DNA of 64,000 bases. Source: a virus. Shown here one piece after another: positions 18,001 to 25,253 of the stretch. The DNA lies in IMG/VR virus record IMGVR_UViG_3300045988_116240. The stretch is one strand, 5' to 3'. The position numbers were made by a program, and so were the translations under genes. Each line of letters starts with the position of its first letter. Positions within the stretch are counted from its first letter, which is position 1. Below the pieces are notes generated by a model. The model searched no databases and was not told the DNA's origin. It saw nothing but the letters and a program-made list of their open reading frames with translations.

Positions 18001-21000
18001 AGGGAGGTATTCCGTCTAATCAGATAGCTATCGTTGGCAATTATGAGGGAGAAAGGAGAAACGCCTTGTTCGATAAGGTCCGTAATGGGGATGTGCGCAT
18101 TCTTATTGGAAGCACGGAGAAAATGGGAGTGGGTGTCAACGTGCAAGATCGTCTATTCGCCCTGCATCATATTGACGCTCCAATCAGGCCTATGGATTTT
18201 GAGCAACGCAACGGTCGTATCTTACGACAAGGAAACTTATACGCCACATGGGATAAACCGGTGAACATCGTCACATATGGCGTTAAAGGTACCCTTGACG
18301 CTACCGCCTATGACAGGCTTCGTATAAAACAAAACTTCATCAACCAAATGATGAAAGGCGATATATCGTCTCGTGTAATGGAGGAGCAAGACGATAGTGA
18401 TCCGTCTGGAATGACATTTAGTGAGATGGCGGCGACGTTATCAGGAGATAAGACCGCCCAACTGCTGTTTGTGGCACAGAACAAGTTAAAGAAATTGCAA
18501 AACTCCAAGAGGAGCGATCTTAACAGTAAGTCTTCCATGCGTGACTCTATATCTAACTCCAAACTTAGGATACAAGAATACAACAGCCGGAAGGATATCA
18601 TGGAAAGGAACGCCAATATCGTAAAAGAAAACTTCCCTGATGGGGTTGAGTCCGTGACTGTTAAAGGCAATACTTTCAGCGATGGTATATCGAATGAGCT
18701 TACGCCCATTATTGATGATTACTATGATAGATATACGCTTGACAGAAACACCCCTCCTCTGAAAATCAGTCTCAATGGAGGAAAAGGCGAGGCAATCGTG
18801 CATTTCAATGAAGGTATGATGGTCTATAGCTTATATTTAGGAAAGGAAAAACTGGTTGAGAATCGTGATTTTAGCGGCGGCAAGGGTTTGATGGCTAGCA
18901 TTGACAGGCAGTTGGGGATTCCCGCTAAATCCGTCTCAGATATAGCCGCTAAAATAAAGGCAGAGGAAAACAAGATAGCGGGATTAGAGGAAGCCGTTAA
19001 GAAACCGTGGGGAAAAGAGGATGAACTTAATGCGGCTCAGGCAGAGGTTAATGATCTGCAGAGACAATTAGTTGAAAAAGCTAAAGCTGAGGATATTCAG
19101 TTAGAATCAACTCTTGACGTTGATGGTACGTTGGTAAAAGAGGAAGGAGAGACTCGATTTCGATTCATGGGAGTAGATACAACTAATAATCAGGATAATG
19201 TAAGTTCTATTGAATCCTCAATCAACGATTGGTCAAACAAGCTTAATACCCCTGTCAGGGTAATCCATGACGTGGACGATATAAACGATACGGATGAGAA
19301 TATGTTGGCCCGTAAGAGAGATTCCAAAGGCTGGTATGATACTTCTACCGGGGAGATAGTCATAGTATCACCTAATTCCACGTCCGTAGGTGACGCTCAA
19401 AGGACTTTCCTCCATGAGGTGGTAGGGCATCATGGGTTACGTGAGCTATTCAGGGATGATTTCGATACTTTCCTTGATAACGTGTATCGGAACGCCAACG
19501 AGGATATCCGGAAAAATATCATTGATCGGACTAAAGGCAATCCTCTTAACTTGCGTGAGGCTACAGAGGAATACCTCGCTGAATTAGCGGAACGTGGTTT
19601 CGATAACAAGGCCGAGCGTTCGTTATGGGAAAAGATCAAGGACTCTTTTCTTGATATGTTGAGAAAGGCAGGTATTAGTCTTGATTTCAAGTTATCGGAT
19701 AATGACCTCCGTTATATTCTCTGGAGAAGCTATAAGAACTTGGAGCAAGGAAACTTGATGGATGTGGCCGAGGATATCGTGATGAGAAATAGATTAAGTC
19801 TTAACAATATAAATTTGAACGAAAATGGATCAATCGCAAGAGATATTGAACCTGAAAAAGGAAAACAACCTTCTGAAACAAAAGGTACTGGAAGGGAACT
19901 CGAGACAATCGATGGCGTTGATGAGAACGGAAACGAAAGTGAACGAGACCATATCGACAAACCAAGGGGAGTTGAAAACGCTATTGACGGAACTGAAAAC
20001 GCAACTGACCGAAATGGAAAAAAGACTGACGGCCAAGTTGACAACGATGGAGACCAACTTGACGGAGGAGATACGGGCGATAGGAACGGAAGTGTCCGGG
20101 ATGGAATCGGCGGTGATCGGACTGTCATCGGACGTGCAGGATCTGAAAACAAGGGTAGAGGCGTTGGAGAAAGCGTAAGGGAAAAGACGGATGATTTCTC
20201 TTTCGCCGAGAAAACAATCCGTTTTAGGGAGAACGCGCGGAATGAGTCGGTATTGTTCGCTGATAATGATATCCAAGTAGTAGAGAAACAGGTAGGTTCC
20301 GCCAAAGATCAATATGAGCGTACCCTATCTACATCGTCCTATCAATTTCAGGAGGCGTTTCAGGATTCTATGCTAGGGCTTAAAACATTGCAGGATGCCG
20401 TGGCAAAGGCAACGAGGAGTCGTATATTGGATTATGAGAACGCTTATATGGCCGAGAATGCCCTTTCCTCCGTTAATGAAGCGGAGTTCAACGCTTATAG
20501 GAAAGCGGCTTTCGAGCCTATCTTAAAAGCGATCTCACGTTTGGAAAAGATGGGATCCACCATTGATGAGATAAGGGATTACCTTATAACCAAGCATGGT
20601 ATTGAGCGTAACAGGGAAATGGCCGTTAAACGAGTGTTGTCACAAAACTCGGAAACATATAAATCCCTGCTTGACGAGTATATCGGGAGAAGGAATGAGA
20701 TACGTGAGAACGGTAGGTCTTGGGAAGAGCAGCAATCAGAAATGGATAGGCTTTCCGAGGAATACGGAGCTAATCTTTCTGATGATTTCAGCGGATTCAC
20801 GTCCATGTATCCTAACGAGGATAACACGGGGTATGATCCGGATTCCGCAAGGAGATACGTATTGGATTACGAGTCAAGATATGATACATCGGAATTATCG
20901 GCCTCTGTCAAAAGAGCCACTGACGCTATATTGGCAAAGCAACGGGATAGCGGGCTTATGAGCCAAAATACGTTTGATTCGATCAGCGATATGTATCAGT

Positions 21001-23288
21001 TCTATGTGCCTTTGCGTGGATGGGAGGAGACTACGGCAGATGAGGTTTACGCTTATCTTACATCCGAAAGCCAAACGTTCAACGCCCCTATAAAGACTGT
21101 CGTTGGGCGAAAGAGCAAGGCTGACGATCCTATAGCGACGATCGCTAATATGGCAGAGAGCGGAATCATGCAAGGGAATAGGAACTTGATGAAGCAAAAG
21201 TTTTTGACAATGGTACAAAACCATAAGACGGATCTCGTGAGCGTAAGCGAAATGTGGGTTCGTCTTGACGAGGCTTCCGGTGAGTGGATCGCCGTTTTCC
21301 CGGATATACCATCTAACGCCAATCCGGAACAGGTGGAGTCTATCGTGGAATCTTTCAACAAACGCATGGAGGAGCTATCCAATGAAAAAGGATCTAATGT
21401 TAGACGTTCAAGGGATGCTATAGGGATACCTTACAAGATATTGCCAAAGGACTTGAAGGAGCATCAAGTGATCGTAAAGAGAGCCGGCAAAGAATACTTA
21501 CTTACCATAAACGGGAACCCAAGGGCCGCTCAAGCGTTGAACGGGCTTACAAACCCGGATAATACGAAAGGATGGTTTGGTACCGTGGAGAGATACGCCG
21601 GATGGCTGAATCGAAACTTGGCGGCTAATTTTACGACACGTAACCCGAATTTCATGGTAAGTAACTTCCTCCGTGACGCTCTTTATTCGAATACTACCGT
21701 ATGGGTCAAGGAAAGTCCTGTATACGCATGGAAGTTCAATAAGAATTTCGCTATGGTAAACCCGATCAATATGTATCGTCTGGTCAAGGGGTATGAGAAC
21801 GGTACGTTGGATATGAGCGATCCATTGAATAAGGCATATCATGATTTTGTAATGAGAGGAGGAGAGACCGGATACACCAATTTGAGAGACGTGGAAGCCA
21901 AGAAGAAGGCGATCCAAAAAGAACTTCAATACTCCAAGCAAAAGGTATCTATCGGAAAGGCTTTGAAAATACTAGGCGAATGGATGGACTTGTTCAATAA
22001 GAGCGTAGAGAATTGCGCTAGGTTCGCCGCGTTCATTACTTCTAGGGAAATGGGGCGGAGCATGGATAAATCCATTTATGACGCTAAGGAGATATCCGTA
22101 AACTTCAATAAGAAAGGGGCGGGTTCAAAATTCTTGAATACTGAGGGGCAGACCAAGATAGGTAACGCTAGCGCTTTCACGTCCGGATTGTCAAGATCCA
22201 TGTATGTGTTTTGGAACGCTGGTGTACAAGGTATGTATAATTTCGGAAGGCTAGCCAAGGATAATCCCAAGAAATTCTTGGGGTTAGCGTCCTCTTTCTA
22301 TTTACTTGGCACTATCATGCCTATGATCGCTGCCGCTTTTGGGGATGATGAAGATGATGATTACTACGATCTTCCGGAATACGTGAGACGTAATAATATC
22401 TGTTTCCGTAACGGTGGAGGAAATTGGATTACAATTCCTATGCCCATAGAGTTAAGGGCTATATATGGACTAGGAGAAATGTCTTCTGGAATAGTTTCCG
22501 GAAAGGAGAAGTATACCGATAAAAAGATGGCCATGAAGATAGCGGAGCAAATGTCACAGGTTCTTCCTTTGGACATGATGGAGGGAGGTGGAGGATTCTC
22601 CGCTTTCGTCCCAAGCTCGGTAAAGCCATTGATTGAGGCCGGAGATAACAAGGATTGGACAGGTTTGCCTTTATATAAGGATAACGATTTCAACAAGGGT
22701 ATGCCTGAATGGACGAAGGCTTTCAAGAGCGTGGATCCCGCTATATTGGCGATGACTGAATATGCCAATAAGTTGACCGGTGGAGATAAATACACTATCG
22801 GTGCGGTTAATCTGAACCCGGCCATTATAGAGCATATATTGGACGGCTATTTCGGAGGTATCGAGGCTACACGTGCGCAGATGGTCAAATCCGCTGAAAC
22901 CGCTTGGGGTAGTCGTGATTTTGACTGGAGGAATATCCCTGTCGGGAACCGTCTTATAAAAAGTGGTGATGAGCGGACGAAAAAGAAAGCCATAGATAAC
23001 GCTTATTATGAGAATTTGGAGGAAATGGATAAGATCGGACAAAGATTGAGAGGATATCGTAAAGAATTGTCTAATCCACAGAACGATAGTTTTGATATAG
23101 CAGAGTATCAGAAAAAATTGAATGATCTTATGATGAGCGATGAATATCGTGGATATGTAGAGTTTAATAATCTTAACAAATTGTATCAATCAATGGGTGA
23201 GTATTTGAAGAAGGTAGATGATGAAAGATTGGAAATGGAGTTATACGATTTGAAAGCTATGATGAATGAGATAGCTAATGGTAAATAG
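9024..23288 (+). CDS. giant polyvalent protein (4,754 aa): PPase-like + N6-adenine MTase + SF2 helicase + zincin-like motif, with hydrophobic Gly-rich termini; candidate packaged/ejected anti-restriction protein (DarB-like logic)
   Basis: Single uninterrupted ORF. Motifs are listed in the sub-features below. An alternative in-frame start at ATG 9069 (MDSNVKHLY) overlaps the upstream stop. Confidence 0.9.
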   Translation: MKEEQKIQTKNTAGFMDSNVKHLYDAMISQGYTGLGDFSNFEGKMKDSGKRRMVYDYLIQDDYFSEIGDFSKFESALGYSPAERKDYVSQSSVNPAPIALRQEVDVPMKDQSEYVNPWTNSPDYNFESLRKKGKIETATPPPPTEYEKDSSFMNTWVGDAIQKLNAGGADLGAGIFGVLDKAAKGLESATGGLIPRGGAFKDISDIFKADAEFSRARSNRYNGKDFTDLWKEGNYMGAIGDIALQGVESLPMSIGAMAATMAGAPAAGLAGIGSIVASQKYDDLDQNNPNMGEFAKVSNAILTGTAESLSEMLGAGVSKAWMSTLFKTLGKEKAQEAIKRGIMGKMQEFYKKFGMFFEPVNEGIEEVSSTLAENITDKITGADPERDLTDGVLQSFVYGMGGGAYFTGAGALAKGAQYVADKIGGKQAQQPITDSNVTDQGVETPPLLTKSRFAEAEEEGRNMTDPGDIRTASKKMEETRLSLSGMVPGLASTIESYVDDKASEAQVMSLLDGVNADARPLAEDFYADYLRISGLQDRIGEEIDNEVETYVANNITPYVTTNPDGQSIVTMATLSEGNEERPVYVRSIEGDKAVISDNGQDRMVSVKRLSDIVEQDAGHMRRTYEDQLLANRQSELDMTMHHNPKTQLPKPGLIVWNGDNAFILQGQDENGDWIAQPAAYDRETGQVTAKNGSSPAMPITENEILDLQDAIYDAQQVNVVSPEDDNVASADAEITSAPPVEDAINQPTSEIETEGAIDQIAQPSNVENLSMVMREDGTPDFVSSGTDMALDFLYDKYGDKMPRKIEVTRKSFDESLKKASDALEKAQEAYDDAPIGKEDKPEAALIKARQEYEAIKVEADFWANLDDDIKEASKKPGDVIAKEISVIGDPMSGEELAAMMLANGAIKLTRDSYKKETGAGNNETARMFGLFASPEKGGVNIERAGEILELADRENGTNFFDENDTNAGRDAIIEVLSSAHTRGDLIDYVKRNREAIAERERQAEYNAYAEWCEENYHMSPEEYEAYEESMVRDFSEKQLTDEERGELDSQIVDEIQAIIDEQNEIDAILAQNKPIENENIEGNDESGGDGLREGGGEVLPREQLDQTGGTGEVEGRESAGPDIDRTDGATQEGSSRGLVPFVAPSPKENETPLDYAERIVEAKRLHEEELKVDTNPTEAQKEAGNYKKGHIKINGFDVTIEQPAGSVRSGKDASGKEWSQVMNNTYGYIRGTESVDGDHIDVFLGPDMNSDMVYVVDQVNTDGSFDEHKVMMGFPSLEDARSAYLSNYEEGWQGLGNITGVTLDGFKKWIDSSTRKTKPFYEYKGIKQEESDISKNNDSDNYSIVSSQYTTKKGKVLDMWLLKFGNELSKEQQRAAKELAKAEKGWYDREQRGFMMRSDESARRLADTILGDTDAVSDAQPISLEDTRRVVEPQKVNVENLIGDINDKGKAKLSDRTVTPSGNRLVTDERYAELRERMRKKLGGQMNMGVDPEILAIGTEMAVYHIEKGLRKFSDYSKAMIDDLGDAIRPYLKSFYNGARDLPEVEENGWDKDMTTYEDVRSFDVANFDKPVPDIMDAAETVVKETEIAGQASAAEKKIKNSRKKRTDNKDKPLPLYGNDLFTPNNIKDNEQGNSRADQGVGRKAREEDRGSERGGDRGGVHGSDVLDTERGRGIPISDSDKRPVVRNQNNFSFPEKGIELPSGDISKLKANIEAIETLKDVEDGQGKPTPEQQAKMSRYVGWGGLAEALNEGKYNARDNNWTKDRNWNDKYLRYYEKLKSLLSKEEFDSAVRSTTTSHYTPSEVVESLWGITEKLGFKGGNISEPAMGIGNIIGMMPRSISENSSISGFEIDSLSGRMAKALYPDANIKVQGYEKAFSPNSKDLVITNVPFGKNAPYDKVLDKQFRKKLGSSYNLHNYFILKGLLELKEGGLGVFVTSSATMDGADSKFREYVSGNGYDLVGAIRLPNDAFQKGAGTSVTADIVIFRKRKYGEPSNGIGFATTTQIGEGTYMEDGDKRSKPIMVNEYFSNHPDMMLGDMMTAYDAGSGGLYSGASQTLKAKPGADLSKELFNAIDNLPKNILSGVVETKGPEVVGDSTLKDGTITVQNGNVFVLDGDSLKPIKANPTFVHNGKTRKIADAVNDYNDIKKNLYDLIHDEQTKGVDPEPARKRLNKVYDAFVSKYGTLNRNKALDDIFAEDVEHGLPFSLETVRRVPSTTGKSMVWEVSKADGILNKRVSYPFELPTKADNVLDAVNISKSYKGNIDIPYISEITGMDEVNVTNEILEKGIAYRDPVTGNIIDKSEYLSGNVKDKLVEAKAALEDHPEFQKNVDDLEAVQPERIPYGEISYRLGTTWIPSEFINNFADNVLGISYANANFIPEIGEYILDKRAFITDYAKAGQFKTERMDAIDVFKAALNQRKPKVYDEIKYYEDGKQKTRRVVNEQETQAVAEKISDMSDKFVEYIDSKTMFHGRIEDVYNDKYNNYVLKKYDKPVFEHYPNANKNITLRDHQSKAVQRCLSESTLLAHQVGTGKTFTMITSAMEMRRLGIAKKPMIVVQNATLEDFVRDFYKLYPSAKILSPTKEERNADNRTRLFNLIATGDFDAIVVPQSFMAFIPDSEERKKAYIQKRIDDFEEAIDRIEDKALQERLKREAKSMRDSLEGIKKGKNVKGKAKTAETITAKTERILDRRTDNVMTFEQMGVDALFIDEAHNYKKIGFPSKMSNVKGIDTSASQRANSMLLKAQWISENNGGRNVVLATGTPITNTMAEVWTMMNFVAPDILDAYNINSFDEFATTFGTVEPSLEFTATGNFKIAERFKSYTNVPELIKAFRSHTDVVLTEDVKEFKEDKNIPKLKDNKMTNVIVEKNEDLEDVMQTLIKELEDYNKLTGKEKKDKSALPLVVFSKAKQAAIDLRLLNPTFPDNPDSKTNKVVDNVLRLYKESDKDKGTQLIFCDSYQSPSETPKMDLFDVDLSVPQFNLYNDIKEKLIKGGIPSNQIAIVGNYEGERRNALFDKVRNGDVRILIGSTEKMGVGVNVQDRLFALHHIDAPIRPMDFEQRNGRILRQGNLYATWDKPVNIVTYGVKGTLDATAYDRLRIKQNFINQMMKGDISSRVMEEQDDSDPSGMTFSEMAATLSGDKTAQLLFVAQNKLKKLQNSKRSDLNSKSSMRDSISNSKLRIQEYNSRKDIMERNANIVKENFPDGVESVTVKGNTFSDGISNELTPIIDDYYDRYTLDRNTPPLKISLNGGKGEAIVHFNEGMMVYSLYLGKEKLVENRDFSGGKGLMASIDRQLGIPAKSVSDIAAKIKAEENKIAGLEEAVKKPWGKEDELNAAQAEVNDLQRQLVEKAKAEDIQLESTLDVDGTLVKEEGETRFRFMGVDTTNNQDNVSSIESSINDWSNKLNTPVRVIHDVDDINDTDENMLARKRDSKGWYDTSTGEIVIVSPNSTSVGDAQRTFLHEVVGHHGLRELFRDDFDTFLDNVYRNANEDIRKNIIDRTKGNPLNLREATEEYLAELAERGFDNKAERSLWEKIKDSFLDMLRKAGISLDFKLSDNDLRYILWRSYKNLEQGNLMDVAEDIVMRNRLSLNNINLNENGSIARDIEPEKGKQPSETKGTGRELETIDGVDENGNESERDHIDKPRGVENAIDGTENATDRNGKKTDGQVDNDGDQLDGGDTGDRNGSVRDGIGGDRTVIGRAGSENKGRGVGESVREKTDDFSFAEKTIRFRENARNESVLFADNDIQVVEKQVGSAKDQYERTLSTSSYQFQEAFQDSMLGLKTLQDAVAKATRSRILDYENAYMAENALSSVNEAEFNAYRKAAFEPILKAISRLEKMGSTIDEIRDYLITKHGIERNREMAVKRVLSQNSETYKSLLDEYIGRRNEIRENGRSWEEQQSEMDRLSEEYGANLSDDFSGFTSMYPNEDNTGYDPDSARRYVLDYESRYDTSELSASVKRATDAILAKQRDSGLMSQNTFDSISDMYQFYVPLRGWEETTADEVYAYLTSESQTFNAPIKTVVGRKSKADDPIATIANMAESGIMQGNRNLMKQKFLTMVQNHKTDLVSVSEMWVRLDEASGEWIAVFPDIPSNANPEQVESIVESFNKRMEELSNEKGSNVRRSRDAIGIPYKILPKDLKEHQVIVKRAGKEYLLTINGNPRAAQALNGLTNPDNTKGWFGTVERYAGWLNRNLAANFTTRNPNFMVSNFLRDALYSNTTVWVKESPVYAWKFNKNFAMVNPINMYRLVKGYENGTLDMSDPLNKAYHDFVMRGGETGYTNLRDVEAKKKAIQKELQYSKQKVSIGKALKILGEWMDLFNKSVENCARFAAFITSREMGRSMDKSIYDAKEISVNFNKKGAGSKFLNTEGQTKIGNASAFTSGLSRSMYVFWNAGVQGMYNFGRLAKDNPKKFLGLASSFYLLGTIMPMIAAAFGDDEDDDYYDLPEYVRRNNICFRNGGGNWITIPMPIELRAIYGLGEMSSGIVSGKEKYTDKKMAMKIAEQMSQVLPLDMMEGGGGFSAFVPSSVKPLIEAGDNKDWTGLPLYKDNDFNKGMPEWTKAFKSVDPAILAMTEYANKLTGGDKYTIGAVNLNPAIIEHILDGYFGGIEATRAQMVKSAETAWGSRDFDWRNIPVGNRLIKSGDERTKKKAIDNAYYENLEEMDKIGQRLRGYRKELSNPQNDSFDIAEYQKKLNDLMMSDEYRGYVEFNNLNKLYQSMGEYLKKVDDERLEMELYDLKAMMNEIANGK
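9520..10265 (+). other. Gly/Ala-rich hydrophobic segment of the giant protein (membrane-active?)
   Basis: GADLGAGIFGVL, SLPMSIGAMAATMAGAPAAGLAGIGSIVA, YGMGGGAYFTGAGALAKGA. Confidence 0.5.
12570..12900 (+). other. inorganic-pyrophosphatase-like module of the giant protein
   Basis: NNTYGYIRGTESVDGDHIDVFLGPD compared with E. coli Ppa [24 protein letters not shown] (recalled from memory). Confidence 0.5.
14100..15130 (+). other. N6-adenine DNA methyltransferase module of the giant protein
   Basis: Motif I-like ISEPAMGIGNIIG (about 14490-14528); motif IV-like VITNVPFGKN (about 14679-14708). Confidence 0.75.
16540..18300 (+). other. SF2 (SNF2/DEAD-like) helicase module of the giant protein
   Basis: AHQVGTGKTFTM (Walker A), FIDEAHNYKK (DEAH), LATGTPITN (motif III), QRNGRILRQGN (motif VI). 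Confidence 0.8.
19409..19435 (+). other. HExxH zincin-like metallopeptidase motif in the giant protein
   Basis: TFLHEVVGHHGLRELF. Confidence 0.5.
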
Positions 23289-23296
23289 GAGAAGTG

Positions 23297-23320
23297 GCGG
23301 GTGACGTTGGTGTCACCCGC
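23297..23320 (+). terminator. hairpin directly after the giant ORF
   Basis: 9-bp stem GCGGGTGAC/GTCACCCGC with a 6-nt loop; no strong T-run. Confidence 0.45.
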
Positions 23321-23370
23321 TATATGTTATCAAACAGATTGTATAATATACTTCATGTAAAATAATGAAG

Positions 23371-23378
23371 TACTTTTG
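23371..23378 (+). promoter_or_regulatory. Bacteroides-type -7 box TACTTTTG (TAnnTTTG)
   Basis: Exact TAnnTTTG match 23 nt upstream of ATG 23401. Preceded by inverted repeat ACTTCAT-N8-ATGAAGT. Confidence 0.45.
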
Positions 23379-23400
23379 TGAAACCTAAATCTATTTTACC

Positions 23401-24159
23401 ATGGAAGAAAATATTGATATGCCTATTGAGCAAGATGTGACTATAGAGCTGATATTGTCTGTATTTAAAAATTATTCAGACTCGAAGCGGATGAAAGAAA
23501 TAAAAGACATAATAGTTTCATTAATTCATCCTGATGAATTAATAGTTGACTCTGAAGAGAGAAGTCGTATAGAAAATAAAGTGGTTGAACTTATATCCAT
23601 AGATAAGAGAAGAGGGGACGAATCCGAGCTCAAATATTCTAACGGTAAATATAGTAAGAGAAAAAAAAGATCAGATCCTAAACCTATAGTGGATCTATTG
23701 CCCAGCGTGGAGTATACAGGCACCGCCGGAGAATGCGCCGTGATATCAGAGCTGTTGTTTTCCGGTTACAATGCAAATAGGATGATGGTCGATGAGGGCG
23801 TAGATATAATAGCGGTAAAGGATAATATCTATTATTATGTACAGGTAAAGACTACGACCATAAAGGATGGGCGTGTTTATGCGCAGATAAAAACAGATAG
23901 GTTCAACCAATTTATGTCCGCACAAATAAGATATATTATTGTAGCAAGGTATGATGATCATGGGATTTCCCGTAATATGTTCTTCTCTTTCACTCCACAG
24001 CAAATAGATCAGGCGGCTTATGAAGGATGTATAAAGAAGAATGAAAACACGGTAAGTATAAAGATAAAGTTTAATGATAAAACCGGGAAGCCTTATCTTT
24101 ATGATAACAATGAGTGTAGTTGTGCTTGGAATTGGAACAAGAAGGATCTTTTAGGATAA
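23401..24159 (+). CDS. PD-(D/E)xK (Hjc/restriction-endonuclease-like) nuclease-fold protein candidate
   Basis: GECAVISELLFSGYNANRMMVDEGVDIIAVKDNIYYYVQVKT fits the E...D-(I/V)-(I/V)-A...(E/Q)-V-K pattern of archaeal Hjc-type nucleases. Confidence 0.55.
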   Translation: MEENIDMPIEQDVTIELILSVFKNYSDSKRMKEIKDIIVSLIHPDELIVDSEERSRIENKVVELISIDKRRGDESELKYSNGKYSKRKKRSDPKPIVDLLPSVEYTGTAGECAVISELLFSGYNANRMMVDEGVDIIAVKDNIYYYVQVKTTTIKDGRVYAQIKTDRFNQFMSAQIRYIIVARYDDHGISRNMFFSFTPQQIDQAAYEGCIKKNENTVSIKIKFNDKTGKPYLYDNNECSCAWNWNKKDLLG

Positions 24160-24171
24160 AATTTTAAGACT

Positions 24172-24570
24172 ATGCCAAATATAAAGAAGAAATATATTCC
24201 TTTTTTTGTTCCCGCTTTGCTTTCAGTGATAGCGTTTTTTTATATTCCATCTCCATCCGAATTTAGCGATGAGAATCATGTGTATGTAAAAGCTTTTGAT
24301 ACTTATATGGAAGTTCTTAGCGTATCTACATGGCTTTGGGTCATTATACCGTTCTTTTTGTACTATATAGGAACTGTATATGAATTTTCTAAGAAAAGAG
24401 GAGATAGCGCTTTCCGGCTTTCATTATATTCAACATTGGCATTCATATCGCTATGGTTGTTCTGCATTCAATTATCAACGGAATTTCATACACCTTGTTT
24501 ATTACTCTTGTTCGCTTCGGTTTATACGTTCTTTTTCCCTTGGATAGGTAATAAAGTTAATTTGTTTTAG
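24172..24570 (+). CDS. small integral membrane protein (4 predicted TM helices)
   Basis: ORF track entry, 132 aa; 12 nt after the nuclease-like gene. Confidence 0.6.
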   Translation: MPNIKKKYIPFFVPALLSVIAFFYIPSPSEFSDENHVYVKAFDTYMEVLSVSTWLWVIIPFFLYYIGTVYEFSKKRGDSAFRLSLYSTLAFISLWLFCIQLSTEFHTPCLLLLFASVYTFFFPWIGNKVNLF

Positions 24571-24646
24571 AACCGTACTTGCTCTGCTAACGAAGTATAT
24601 TTCCTATGGGATGAAGCTATTGATCGTTTTGAGGTATCTAAAATAG

Positions 24647-24687
24647 AAAACTCCCCAAATCCTCACGGACAAGGGAGTTTTTATTAT
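24647..24687. terminator. bidirectional terminator-like hairpin with TCCTCACGGA loop
   Basis: 9-bp stem AAAACTCCC/GGGAGTTTT; loop CAAATCCTCACGGACAA. T-run follows on the plus strand, and a T-rich tract follows on the minus strand. Confidence 0.6.
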
Positions 24688-25109
24688 TTAACTATAATCT
24701 ATATGAATGGTTTTCAGACAACCTTAAACGATCCGATTCTCACGAACTAGAGCGTTTGTAATATCTAAATCCATATCTAAACAAAGACATACTTAATCAT
24801 CATTGCCGATCCTCCCGGAATAGCAACGGTGGGTATATCCGTCTTAAAATGCTTCCCAATACCACCCAAGGGAAGCGGGAAATATTTATTCAAACTATAT
24901 TTTATGCCATAAGGAAAGGAGTGTGCCCCCATCCTCCAAAGCTATCCCCTTGACATAAATATACCTCTGGTTCTCACGAAAGAGCGGTATGACATTGATA
25001 AAATTATTTTATGAATACAACCTAGTGTAATATCTTTAAGTAATGACTCCAGTCCATCACGGATGAGAGCCATAAGGGGTTATAAATATATAACATACCA
25101 TATACGCAT

Positions 25110-25155
25110 AAAAAACGTGGCGCCGTCGCAACTACCAAGACCCGGCGTCCCCACG
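25110..25155 (-). terminator. minus-strand intrinsic terminator
   Basis: Minus strand reads CGTGGGGACGCCG...CGGCGCCACG followed by TTTTTT (A-run 25110-25115 on the plus strand). Confidence 0.55.
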
Positions 25156-25157
25156 CC

Positions 25158-25253
25158 AACATAACAGGTAGTAAGCAACGGCCCACGTCTTATATATAGA
25201 TTATATATACAAATAACGTGGGCGTATTGTTGCTATCGGCTCCCTGTTATGTT
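25158..25253. repeat. 96-nt imperfect inverted repeat / long hairpin with an AT-rich centre
   Basis: Outer arms AACATAACAGG/CCTGTTATGTT (perfect 11 bp); inner arms CCCACGT/ACGTGGG and GCAAC/GTTGC; centre TTATATATAGATTATATATA. Confidence 0.6.

Noticed and set aside
20596-20961. 121-aa +1-frame ORF inside the giant gene
   Set aside because: The translation is Cys/Trp/Arg-rich and non-protein-like. It shows that +1 ORFs above 100 codons can arise by chance in this gene, which lowers confidence in the other +1 ORFs.
9024-23288. Giant ORF as a tape-measure protein
   Set aside because: It contains enzymatic motifs (MTase, helicase, HExxH, PPase-like) instead of the helical repeats expected of a tape measure. 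I recognised no tail-tube, sheath or chaperone-frameshift genes nearby.
24950-24956. TTGACA hexamer as a sigma-70 -35 box
   Set aside because: The other promoter signals in this window fit the Bacteroidota TAnnTTTG type, and no matching TATAAT lies at the proper spacing.
24942-25073. 43-codon minus-strand ORF inside the ORF-free tract
   Set aside because: It is short, spans two conserved-type hairpins, and has no promoter or coupling context. It is kept only as an alternative explanation in the finding.
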